From Catajapyx aquilonaris (lineage: Eukaryota): DNA of 64,000 nucleotides. The stretch's first letter is position 1. Every line of letters starts with the position of its first letter. The translations under genes and the position numbers were made by a program. The DNA lies in assembly GCA_000934665.2 (NCBI GenBank), contig KZ538024.1:62001-126000 (forward strand). Direction: 5' to 3'. Under the pieces are notes generated by a model. It saw nothing but the letters and a program-made list of their open reading frames with translations, made no database searches and was not told where the DNA came from. Below, one piece after another: positions 27,069 through 38,992 of the stretch.

Positions 27069-29159
27069 TATTTAATACTCATTACATGTCGCAATGGTGT
27101 GCCTTCCCAGTGTTCAAGTTTGTTACACAAACAAACTTTAAACATTATCATACTAAGCCGCCGGTCGCGTTTAAGTGATACGTGTATTATGTACAGGTAC
27201 TTCTTTACTCCATGACATATTGCAGGTGTTAAAGCTATTTGGCAGAGAAATGGTTTATGGTCGCAATATATAATGCATTGAATTGTCACCATTCATCAAC
27301 CCTTCCTGAACCACATGTAGCTGTGAACTTCTGGTTCTGCACGCTTCATTAGATATGTAATGCAAGACAAGACAATATGGTTTTCACTTATGTTACAGTG
27401 TATGTCTCAGTATGGCACAAGACGGGTTACTGTGCGTCATTGTAATAAAGCCACTGCGTCAATAACTAGCTCAATTTGCGCAATCCAATTTATACGTTAT
27501 ATTACAATTCACTAAAAAATCAAGGCCTAAAGTACATACATAACTCAGTACAATTCCACAAAAATTCTGGAAATTTTTTAAATGATTTTTCTAGACTGAC
27601 CTTTAATCTAGGTTGTTCTGTCAACAGTTGACCAGCAAAAATATAGAAACGCGGTGCTCCAAAAATTCGAAATGACTCTGGTGGTAATGGCATGCGTGGC
27701 GATGCCAGGCCCGATAGTGGCATCCAGCACGCACGAGCTCACCGATTCCTTTTCCGAATTCCCCGACACAAAATGAAATGCAACAGTTGGTTGTATTCGG
27801 AGCTCCCTTGCAAACTTTATAACCTCCCAGTTCGCTGAAGCCTCATTAATAAACAGTTAGCACTGAGGTTTGCAAAAAGAAAGGTAGTAAATTGAGCGTA
27901 AAGTAAACAGGGGAATTCCGGATTGCTCCTTTCTTATTCTGAATCTTTCGTGTCTATTATTCATACGTTACAGGATATTATTTCTTCTCGTTGGAACTAG
28001 CCTGTATGCATAGGTTTTTGTTCCGTTTGCCCCCCGGTTGAAAATTCTCCTTACGCAAATTTTTCATTACTTTGGAGCCACACCTCGCAGAAAATGAGGC
28101 TGTCGTGGTGGGACGAGAAATAGGCAATTAAGATTTATATGGCACTCTGGTGACTGGGAGGAGCACGATAGCAGCTCATAACTAGAGCATCTGAACTCAG
28201 CTAAACCTAATAATTCTCATAAAAGCTTTGACAAGGACACGAAAACATCGTCTGGGAAAAAATATATACTGGCACACATGGCTAATGGTGCCCAATGTAT
28301 GCTGACAACAAAAGGAACTTCAATTACGGTGCTGTAATTCAGGCGAGAGTTTTACTAACGACGTTTTGAGAATATTAATTTGACCTCGCTTTTAATGCGG
28401 GCAACTACAACCTCGGACAGGATATTGCATTTCCAGTTTCTTGTTTACACCCAGACTCTCATACAGTGACGTAGAAGAGTGGTTTTCTATGTTGATGCAG
28501 CCTGGTAAAGATATGCATCCTGAAAAGCACACTTCCTGTAATACAAAGATACGCGGGTTGCCGTGAACATTCAGGATAAACATAAGGGAAATGACAAAAT
28601 ATAAATAAACTGGAATCGGCATATTTTATGACTATTAATTTCGCTTGGGTTTTGTACGCCAAAATGGACGGCAGTTTATCCCTGGCTGTTCACGTAAATC
28701 CCGGTCTTTTTGTACAAAAGTCAATTTCCAGGATTAGAGCGTAAATTTTATTGCCTGAAGCTATAATGTGGAAGTGCTCATAAACTTGCTTTAAAATGGC
28801 TATGAGCATCTCTTTCACATCATCGTTTGCGAATGGCAATCAATTTAAAACCCATATAGGACTAGGACGCAGTACCAAAAAAAAACCCCTGCTAAAATCA
28901 CTTTGAATAACTATAAATGACGGTAGTACATTATTTTAACCCAGAACTGAGACGTAATGCCAAGTACTGATGACAATCTCAATTTATACACGTTGTCACA
29001 TATGCATCGGGTTCAATAGAAGTGTTTGAAGATGGAGAGGTGCTGCGGTAACATTCTATCCCACCATGCTGATAGTGGTCTGTTCTTTGGGAATTATGTT
29101 TGAGTATGTAGGCTACAGTATCTCGACTTCAAAGAAAGTTCTATGCATAATTAATATTA

Positions 29160-29457
29160 ATTAATTAATTAATTAATTATACCCCGTGATAGGGCGGAGC
29201 CCTTTTAGAGGGGTGGCATACCACCGTCAGTTTTCTTCAATTTTTCTGACTCATACTTCACACATGGGTGGGGCCAAGGATAAGGACGGAAGGAAGCGGT
29301 TGTGGCCTATTTTTACAAAAACGACCCCGGAATTGTCCTGGAGGGACCGTGGGAAACCACAGAAAACCACGATCAGGGTCGCCGGCCCCGGGATTCGAAC
29401 CCAGGACCTCCCGATTAGCAGGCGGACTCCTTATCCACTACACCAACCTGCTTCGGT
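29160..29457 (-). mobile_element. Full-length tRNA-derived SINE with conserved central domain and (TAAT)n tail
   Basis: Minus strand A-box tggtgtagtgg (+ strand 29435-29445) and B-box ggttcgaatcc (+ strand 29391-29401). Body ggttttctgtggtttccc...ccaggacaattccgggg...aggccacaaccgcttccttcc, then a TAAT-repeat tail. Confidence 0.85.
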
Positions 29458-31841
29458 TTTCAAAATTACTATTAACATCTGAGTTAATTTCATTTGAGTA
29501 CCGTAATTTGATCCCTCAGGTTACTTTAATTTTCCCGCAATATTTACGTTTATATTGAGTATTAGAAGTGGTCATACCGTATCTTTTCGTGAAACCTGTT
29601 CTTTCTGTTTTCACCTCAAGTAGCACATATATTTTCCACTTCAGCACAACAGGTGTCATTCTAACTTGAAACAAATCCTACCTACTCTAAAAACTTCCTA
29701 ATCATCTCAGCCTGTCACACTACTATGTGATTGTAACTGGGCGTCTGACTTCCCAGATGCATCACGAAGTCAACTCTTGTTAATATCATTTTGGCAACCT
29801 TATAAATGATTCCTTCGGCTCCGTACCTCATCGTCAGCCGTATTGCTGAGGCCTCATAATTTGAATAAAGAAGGCAGGTAGAACTTGACGCCTCGGAATT
29901 TGCCAGCAGCCCTAGAAGTGGTGTGAAATTTGAAGCCCAAGTCTTTTTAGAGCAGCAGGTCGATACAACCGAATTCTACGGAATTCTGTCTCCCCCTTAA
30001 CCTGAGAGGGCAAGCAGAAGTCCCGTCTCGCATCACTGCAGCAATTCGATGCAGAAATGGAAAACGACGGGGAGGGGACGGAAGTCAAGCGACTGCTGCA
30101 ACAGCAGACCCGTTTGCATTAGGATTAAAATGACAACTCAATTGGAAAAAGGCCCTCGGGGACCCTTCGCCCTAGGACAGAAAAAACCCGGGCTCTAGGA
30201 AGGCTTGGTCTTCTCTCTACACGGTATTACTGCTACACCCCAAGCTACGGTTCGATTCTAGTGCTGCCCCTGCTTGACTCGGCAAAATTACGACGCGATT
30301 CTGTTTCTGTGTCACCACCCCGCCGGTTCTAGCTTAAATTTCATTAGCAGCTTCCATTAACGGAGTGAATATTGACAAGGGGAGCTTTCAGGAAGGGCAA
30401 CGTGAGGTAAATTTGTTAGGGTGAAAATGCAGGCGGTTTGTTTTGCATAGTAGATATGCAGAGGCGTCGTCAGTATGCCTCTCGTGGGGGCATGGCCAGT
30501 CTTTAGTAAATTATGTGTAACGACATCGTCACAATGCTAGTGGTGTTTGCAAGGTGCTTGGGCAGTGTATCAACCCTTTAAAGGCCAGTTTTTTTTCCAA
30601 ACAAAAAATCGTGAATTACGACTCGTCACGTTCAAAAACAATTTCTGGGCGTCAATATTTTGGTAGCCGAAACGCAAGTGTAATTAAAGATTTGGTTGAA
30701 AAGACTTTTCCAGGCGTTCCGGGATGAAACAAAATTAATGAAGAAACTTTATTGGCTACAGGAAGTCGCACTGCTTCCATTTCTAAAAGTCTCTCTTTCC
30801 CTATTCCCTTCTTCACGTTTGAAATGAAGCCGTCCAAATTCTTCAGTCGCACTAGGGGTGGGTGAAGGGAAATGTTTCCGCGCCAGAAAATTCGTTTTTC
30901 TTTTATCCGTTTCCATCGGAAACTAATAAACCTAATTTTCATCTCGCTCTTCTCAACTTACTGAAGCATGCAGAAGACTGCGACGGTAAAAAGAGCTACA
31001 GGAAATAACTTTTCAGCCTTTTCTAGTCACTCGGGTACTGCTTGAACGCGAATGAAAGAAAATGGCCGTTTCTCCACGTGTTATGGGGATATGCAATACC
31101 CTCTTCTGTGAAGGTGTGTTCTCAAGCTTGACATAATAAAAAATTGTGAGGGAGATGTCACACGAACCAATGGGGTTTGAGAACTGGTTGATTCTTAGTG
31201 AGCTTGGGAACACACCTTAACCCTTCATGACATCTGCAACTTAACAGGTATTGAGGTCCCCACAAGCCTGGGCCCATAATTAAGAATAAGCCTTCAAGAT
31301 CCACCTTTTCTCCCCAACTTTCTTCATTAGAGCCTTTTGTTTCGTCGTGTTCCGTGCAAGATGGAAGCGTCGCCTGCGCCTGTCAATTTAATCTAATTGG
31401 GTTATAATAGACTAATTAGAAGGGGATTTGAGCTCGACGTCCGAGACGCCTGGTTTCGACTCCTCGCCAACCTGGCTGAAACTCTATTAGCCTAAGGGCA
31501 AGATCGCCTGGCGAATGATTTTGATTATAATCGCAGGGAGCGATGTACCTGTGCGATAGTAATGGCTGGTACTGGGAGGATCCAACTTCCGATGGACGCT
31601 ACTCACGAAACTGACCGGGATGTTGAGCGCGTGCAGAGTGGTGAGCTCGTCGAGGCATTTTAAAAGGTGGCGTTGGCACCTGAAAATGTGGGGGGGAAAG
31701 TGTGTAGGAAAACTGGAGTAATCAGTGTTGTTTGCTTCCAATAAAATGTTATCGTGATTTCAGTTGTTACGACTGGTTTTTGTCATCGGAATTCTGATAC
31801 CAATACTGTGTAGCTCTTTATGATCAACAGTAAATACGTGA

Positions 31842-32016
31842 GCTGCGTTTACAGGTGAGCGATTAGACAAGCCAAGCGGAGCGAAGTAACCAATATTGTT
31901 TGAGGTGAAAGTAACACTCGATTTTCGCCTCAAACAATACTGGTTACTTGGGTTACTCAGCGATGTTATCATCGGCTAAGACGTCGCTCGTCTAATCGCT
32001 CACATGTAGGCGCACC
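31842..32016. mobile_element. PIF/Harbinger-like MITE, about 175 bp
   Basis: gctgcgtttacaggtgagcgattagac versus gtctaatcgctcacatgtaggcgcacc as inverted termini, with TGA/TAA flanks (TWA-like TSD). Confidence 0.6.
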
Positions 32017-32701
32017 TAATAATGTCTCAAAAAGAACGAACCTCCCCTGCCCCATTTTTTAAAACTCCAATTATTATAAATGTGACCTAAATGAATGGTA
32101 GTAATTTATCGGGAGGGAAGGAAGAAAAAGGAGAAGAAATTAAGGAAAAGAATCTGCATTTGCGAGATCGAAGTTTTACTTGTAATCCTACAACTCTGTG
32201 AGGACTAAATCGATCGCTTCAATGGCAAATCGTGCAGGGCACTATCCACTAGAAGAGTGAACTGAAAGTGAAAAATGTTCACAAGTGCTCTACCATGCTC
32301 AGGCACTACTAGTACACTCAATTAGGAGACCATTTTGTCAGTAACATTGGAAATTTTGGTGCTCCTCTTGCCAAAGTACCTGTGGACAGCATGGTATCCC
32401 CATTCTCACGTCCTTTCTATTTCCTGTTCCTCCTATCGATTTCTGCGTTAACATAGTTGCTAATGCTTTTTGCTAGTTCATGGTATAGCCTATACTGTAC
32501 TCGTATATAGATTGAAAGCAGTCTATTCAAATAATAACAAAAATAGAGCATTCGATTAATGTTGGTGGCACATACTCTATGGAAATCCCTTAGCACCGGA
32601 CCTAATGGGCATTGTTATAAGACTGAATGTTCTAGAAATAATTTTTTTCTGCTTTTAAATACTCTTAACTGATCCGCATGGGGCATTACGTGTAGCCTAT
32701 A

Positions 32702-33125
32702 CAGGGTGTATCTGAACTCAGTGCCCCGACGTATATGACTGCCTTCCTAGCCACCAGAGGATCGATTTAAGTATAGGAGTCATATGTCTGGGCAGCCTCA
32801 TTACTGAGATACACTCTTTAGCGATTTTTGACTAATCGCTCCTTCTGACTTTTAAATAGAATTTTCTGGTGTAACTAGCCAAAGAGGCCTTACCACCTGT
32901 GGGCAACAAACCAACAAAGTCCCGCCCCCAGACCTTCCAGAGCCTTCTGACTGGGGGAGGGTTCGATGGGTGGCCTAACCGACAGGATATTTTGTACTAC
33001 ATGTTTGCGGCCAATTATCTCAGTAATGCGGCGGCCAGACATAATGACTCCTATACTTAAATCGATCCTCTGGTGGCTAGGAAGGCAGTCATATACGTCG
33101 GGGCACTGAGTTCAGATACACCCTG
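32702..33125. mobile_element. Tc1/mariner-type MITE, 424 bp, with long near-perfect TIRs
   Basis: TA-CAGGGTGTATCTGAACTCAG...CTGAGTTCAGATACACCCTG-TA. The outer 82 bp of the TIRs are identical and similarity extends to about 110 bp. Confidence 0.92.
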
Positions 33126-33352
33126 TATAAGCGGAGGAAATGAAGTGGCTGCCCAGGACTTTTGGAACGTTGCTTGGAGCTGACCAACATACACACTCAT
33201 CCACAGAACACCAAGTTGTTTACAGTGTCACATTCTAAAATATACCTGATTACGATCATATGTAATTACATAATTATTTTCGGAAAATGGTGCAATGGGG
33301 TCCTATAGCCTGGGCCTGGGATTTGGGTAATTTGTACACGAATACATGCATA

Positions 33353-33456
33353 CGAGGGTTGGATAAAAAGTAGTGGCAACACTGCGATAGTTTCAAAAGA
33401 AAGTTTTAGTTAACAAATTTGTTATATACATTCCTTTAATATAGTCGTCCCCTCAC
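33353..33456. mobile_element. Mariner-like terminal fragment, interrupted by the foldback at 33457
   Basis: TA-CGAGGGTTGGATAAAAAGT resembles mariner TIRs. No partner TIR or transposase was found. Confidence 0.5.
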
Positions 33457-33893
33457 CAGGGAGCATATACTACATAAAAGGCGCAAATATTCGATTTTTG
33501 CGTCTCTCTGTTTATAGGGCGTTGCCAAGGCTGGCGGCCATTTTGAAGTGTGTGGTACGCCAACGAGGTACAAATAGGGTACGGGCAAAAATAGGGTCCG
33601 CCATCTTTGATGGTTTTGGCTGCCATGGCAATACACGGCAATAACAATTTACTTACCCATTCCAATATCGAATTCAAATTCGCGCGTGTTCTTGCCGTGT
33701 AGTTGCCATGGCAGCCAAAACCATCAAAGATGGCGGACCCTATTTTTGCCTGTACCCTATTTATACCTCGTTGGCGTACCACACACTTCAAAATGGCCGC
33801 CAGCTTTGGCAACGCCCTATAAACAGAGAGACGCGAACATCAAAGGCGCCGACAGAAGTTTGCGCCCCTTATGTAGTATAATTATGCTCCCTG
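33457..33893. mobile_element. Foldback DNA transposon, 437 bp, with a 7-bp TSD (CCCTCAC); P/Galileo-like by TSD length
   Basis: CAGGGAGCATA...TATGCTCCCTG termini. CCCTCAC at 33450-33456 and 33894-33900. Inner arms 33500-33646 and 33687-33834 are nearly identical. Confidence 0.85.
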
Positions 33894-33965
33894 CCCTCAC
33901 TGTTTTTTTTGACAACAGTGACGTCAGAGGGCAATACGATACCGGATAATTATTATGATCTTTGC

Positions 33966-34322
33966 GGGGAGGTGTGGTGGCCGAGATGGTAACGTCTCGG
34001 CTTGCTGAGTGAAAGGCCCCAGGTTCGATCCCCGCCTGGGGAACTTTCCTTTCACCTGCGTCAGGAGGGTCTGTGACCTGCACCAAGGAGGTGTCTGGCA
34101 AGCTAACTTCCTGGGGGACTGCACATGACCCGTTTAACGACATTGCACTTGCACCCGTGTCCCCTCCCCGAAAATCCCTACCCGTACCCAATTTCCTTGA
34201 TTCCTTGCACCGAAGTTGAGAAAAATTGAAAAAATAAATAAATAAAGGTTCATGCGATATACCCCCGTTTGGGGGTGAAATCATTACCCACAATTATTAT
34301 TATTATTATCATCATCATCATC
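33966..34322 (+). mobile_element. Full-length tRNA-derived SINE with (ATT)n(ATC)n tail and TSD
   Basis: A-box tggccgagatgg at 33978-33989, B-box ggttcgatccc at 34022-34032, 3' hairpin acccccgtttgggggt, microsatellite tail. TSD ATCTTTGC at 33958-33965 and 34323-34330. Confidence 0.88.
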
Positions 34323-37300
34323 ATCTTTGCTCGATCATAGCTCGAAAACTAATATTTATTTCTACAAACAAAAAACACCAAAATTCATTTAAAATAAGGA
34401 CGATTTTTACATGGGTTTGCAAAATGTAGGCTAGGATCCCATTGATTACTCGAGTGGTAGCTTCTTGCTGGATTAAACTGGACACAACGAATAGGTGTTT
34501 ACCATATTGCTTAGCTGAGCGTGACAAGTAATTTTTTATGAAAGTATAATTTAGCAATTTGGAGCGCAGTTGTAAGAATAATAACATAAGTCAATATCGT
34601 ATGTATACGATACCGATATTCGATCACCTTGCCACCACTGCCAAGGCACTCTACCAAACAAGAATATACGAACACTTCGGTAGAGCATAATGGCGCAGAA
34701 GCTGAGGCGCACCAACTGCAAGTGCCTCCATCTGCTGGTCCCAGGCTTTATATACCGTGATGCCCTGGTGGTGCACTCGTCATTTCCACCCCTCTCAGTC
34801 CTTGTTAGAGAACCGCACGGATTGTGTCAGGTCCGCTTTAAGCGCGGCATTGTAGAACAGTCTCATCCTTCTCTCAGTATCAGGTGTGATCTGAGCTGGG
34901 CACGAGGAGAGAGCTTTCAGAATAGGCGCCCGTGTCGACTACAATAGTCGCTTGTCGCCCAGACTGCCTGCTCCTCCTCCACACAAGTGCCCTCCCAAGC
35001 TATACGCCACCATACTCTCCTTATCACCGCCAAACCAGCTTTTCCTGGCCCCGATTTTCCCCGACAAACTTCCCCAGACACTCCAGGAGGGTGCCTCTTT
35101 TGCAATCTATAGTCATCCGTCCAGACACTGGCGCCTCTAGTGATCAATTAGAGGATGTGCGCTCAAAATGATTGTGTTCATTGCCTGAATCGGCCTTTTG
35201 CGCACAAACATTGCCGAATATGTAAGGAAAATAGGGCAAACACAATGGTTTCAATTCTGGTTGAAAGCTAGCATTACCTGCTATTAGATTTAAAAAACCA
35301 GCAACTTTTGGACCACCCATACATATTCTGAAAAAGTGGTGCTATAATACAGATAATGGTATATATGGCAGTATTTTCTATAACACATATTTGATAATTT
35401 GTTTGTACTATTCTAATTTTCTATTCATTGTATTGTGTCGGACAGTTTCAGCCAAATGATTACTCTCTAATTACGTCCAATTCAAAAAAATTACTCGAAA
35501 CAAAAGACTTTATAATACCAACATCACTGCCACATGCATAATTTTCTGACAGTAAACCCATCGGAGGTAAACTACTGTAAACTCTGCGGACAATAACTGG
35601 TCTCGTGCGGATTTTCCCCCCTTTGTTGTAAATCCCATAACATGACAAACAGGCAATCTGCAGGCCTTCATTGTGCTGGAGCCTGGAAATTTATTTGAGA
35701 CCCCCATAAATAGCAACCTTCCCCAATGATTATTGTACAACATGTTCAAACCAGCGATAAGATTGCGTGTATGAATGGAAATGCTTTATCATTTCGACTT
35801 GTTAATGGAGCCATAAATATCTTTATTAATCGCTTTCGCTTTGACTGTTTATCATGGTATCGAATGCCGCAAAATCTGTGTGGAAAGTTACCGCATCGAA
35901 CGACACTAATAAATGACCCCTTCTATTATAAAGCCAATGTTATCACTCCGTTCCCAGGTCACATTACAAGAATGTCCGGTCACCATGACTTGACCAAAAG
36001 CGACCAGGAAATAATCAGCGGACGTTTAATTCACAGACGGAAGAAAAGGTAGTCGTGGTCCTTTGATTATTGGTCAACTCGCTTTCGGGAAAAGGCCTTT
36101 TTAGCCCTCAGGTCCCCATTTCAAGGCAGTAAACCCGCCCTTATTGGGCTTTTAATGCCAAGTGCAGACACTCCCCCGGCCACTTGGACCTCCTTTCGGA
36201 CTCACCCAGTCTCATTTCAGGCCTCATCTGAACACCAGTTGGGAGACTATTCCAGAAAAGCAAGTGGGGTTGGGGTAGGGGGGGAGCAAAAAAGAAAGAA
36301 AAAAAATAACCAGGTCACGCGCTCACCGGATTTTGCACAATTTTCCTCTCCGTGTCTTCTAACAAGATGGTATATAGGCCTACATTTGGCTGCTCATCTC
36401 CCGTATATTCTCCAGCTCATCTTCCAGGAATGGCGAAAAAGGCTCATGATATCCCACACTGGAACGACTCGAAACTACCCTTGTTCCGACGACAATGTGT
36501 GCGAAATAACAAAGTAGACTTTATAAGTTGTCATTGAGATACCCTTTTTTTTTGGGGGGGGGGGGGGGTCTCTTTCCTCTTCCCCTACATGTATCCAAAA
36601 AGTCTCGATCTTTCAGGAGGGGGGGTTGGGCAAGCCACTTGCGGCACGACCAGCTCGTTACAATCACGTCCGGATTAACCGGAGGGCAGCAAAAGGAAGC
36701 CTTGTTACGGTCCCAGCTCCCTAATGAATTTCCCCGGATTTTCTTTCCAAAGCCAGAGGGGGTCAGCTTTCAGACAAAGGGGATGGAAGCCTCACACTAG
36801 TGGGCACTGACGTCATTTCTGCTAGTGTAAAACCAGAATATTTCACATATTAATCCCAGAGTATTCTCAGGTGAAATGTATTATCCGGTGCATCCAAGCG
36901 GAGGTAAATCCGATTTACGGGATGAAAACGGATTAACCTATAACAGGGGATGACACATGGAAAAAAAAACTTGAGCCTACACAAATGACTTTACCCCTCT
37001 ACATTGAATAAAAGGGAGGAGGAATAGGACTTTATCAGGAATTTGGTAAGCCAATTGTAGGGCTTTCAGAAGAGGAAATGAGGTATGGGTGTACAAAATG
37101 GAGCTATTATAACCGAGCCAGGCAGCTAGTGGGACATCTATTACCGACGGGGGTTTGAAATACGGGGCTTTCCTCTACCCACTGAGGGAGGATTAGGGAA
37201 AATATCGCATGTCAGTCCTGCTCGTTGTCATGGCTGAACATCTAGTGGTATTGTGTATGGGCAACAACTCTTCCAGAAAAGCAGACATGGGGTGCTGCGC

Positions 37301-37406
37301 TAAAATCATTTTCATGCAACGCGTACATTTGGTGCGCTTTATGGGGGGGGGGGGGGCTCTAACGTATGCGTGCCGTAATAATATGTATTGCGTTTCTGCA
37401 TTCCAG

Positions 37407-37516
37407 TTGGTGTACTCTATCGGCGTTGACTACAACGACCAGAAAAATGCTATGGACCCACCCACCATGAACATCTCGGACAAGGGAACTGTTCCTACTA
37501 AAGTGCAGACATTCCG
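37407..37516 (+). CDS. Drl-2: Drl-2/RYK exon: WIF domain middle (LVYSIGVDYNDQKNAMDPPTMNISDKGTVPTKVQTFR)
   Basis: ttccag acceptor, gtgagt donor at 37517. WIF motif P--NIS--G-VP. Phase 0 to 2. Confidence 0.93.
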
Positions 37517-38914
37517 GTGAGTAGTCGATATTCATTATTATTATTATTATTATTAAAAGTGAAACGTACTCTACAAGCACAAAACCGTAACCTGTAAACA
37601 GTGGTTTGCTACACAGTGCAATGATTATTATTATTTTGAAATATGTGGTAATATGCATTGCTTGGATATAAACAATAGTGATTGCTGACACACAGTGGGA
37701 TTAATAACAACAACATCAGGTTTACGTGCCGTATCAGGATTTGTAACACTGTACTGATTGATGTATACAGTACCTCATCATACCTATCGCTACACCCTAC
37801 GCGCATATGGTGCAATATTACACTAACTGTAACATCCATATCAAATTTTTACGTTATATTTAGCACACGACCAGAATATGCCGCATTAGCACATAGCCTA
37901 AATATAATTATGGTAGAGTACATTACCTTACAAAATCATCAGTGCTTCACAAAATTTGTGCCAAATGTCATACCTGACCAGAAATTTCATTAGTCAGAAG
38001 AGGAGATGCAGAGTGACAACCATGGCTACTGAAAGCAGGTCCCCATCTAATATTGAAATATGGAAATGTGATTTGTTTGCTCTGGGCAAAGCTTTCCCAC
38101 ACCAATGGATATGTTCGGATGCATGGGATGGATGTGATTCGGCTGTGTGAAAGGACTCTACAGGTCTCTCAGAAGTATACACGTTCATCCCAGTGGAAAG
38201 TAAGAACTAAGAAGACAAAATCAGAAGCACGTGACAATGGCTAGTAACAGGAAAAATTATTTTGCAGTAATTATGTAGGTGCACATATCCTTGACACGAA
38301 ATTTTTGCAGATTATTCTATGAGAAACTCTATAATACTATTCACATATTATTTAAGACCTTCTCAAAAACTTGGGAGAAGTAAGAGCCAAGTAAAATAAA
38401 CCAATCTCTCAGTGTGTGGATGCTATCGAAGACGACTGCAAATGATTGCCATTACCTAATTCTCTGCTACCTAGAATAAAATATTTTATCCGGCAAGGTA
38501 TAAACTACAGTACATTTAGAAAGTAATGCAATAGTGCTTTTCTGATTTTACCTATAGGCGAAGTATAGTATTACTCATGTTCATAATCGATCTTATACAT
38601 TAGGTGGCGAAGACGCTTTACCCCGTGAACTCATGTTCAAATCTGGCGTGAAATCATGCATGCCGCTGCACTAGAAAGCCTATTAAATGAGTATACACTT
38701 GACTCACTGCCACACTTGAAGGTGAGGCGAGAGAAGCGAGTCGAAGTTAGCAGCAGCAAGATTTTCGCAGTTACGATCGTGAGCTCACAAGTCAGTTCTG
38801 AAACACGCTGTTAATGGACATACGCTATAGTTTCATGAGATATCATTTAAGAAAGCATTTTTACGATCCTTGTACATTATTTTTTAAACATATTACAGAG
38901 CATGCAGTGTGACA

Positions 38915-38992
<78 letters not shown>
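38915..38992. repeat. (ATT)26 microsatellite
   Basis: Perfect ATT run read directly from the sequence. Confidence 0.97.

Noticed and set aside
33436..33949. Two opposite-strand ORFs sharing the peptide CHGSQNHQRWRTLFLPVPYLYLVGVPHTSKWPPALATPYKQRDA
   Set aside because: An artefact of the foldback's inverted arms; no recognisable protein.
33966..34045. tRNA gene (also 29385-29457 on the minus strand)
   Set aside because: A and B boxes are present, but there is no proper acceptor stem or following T-run terminator. Both continue into SINE bodies with tails.
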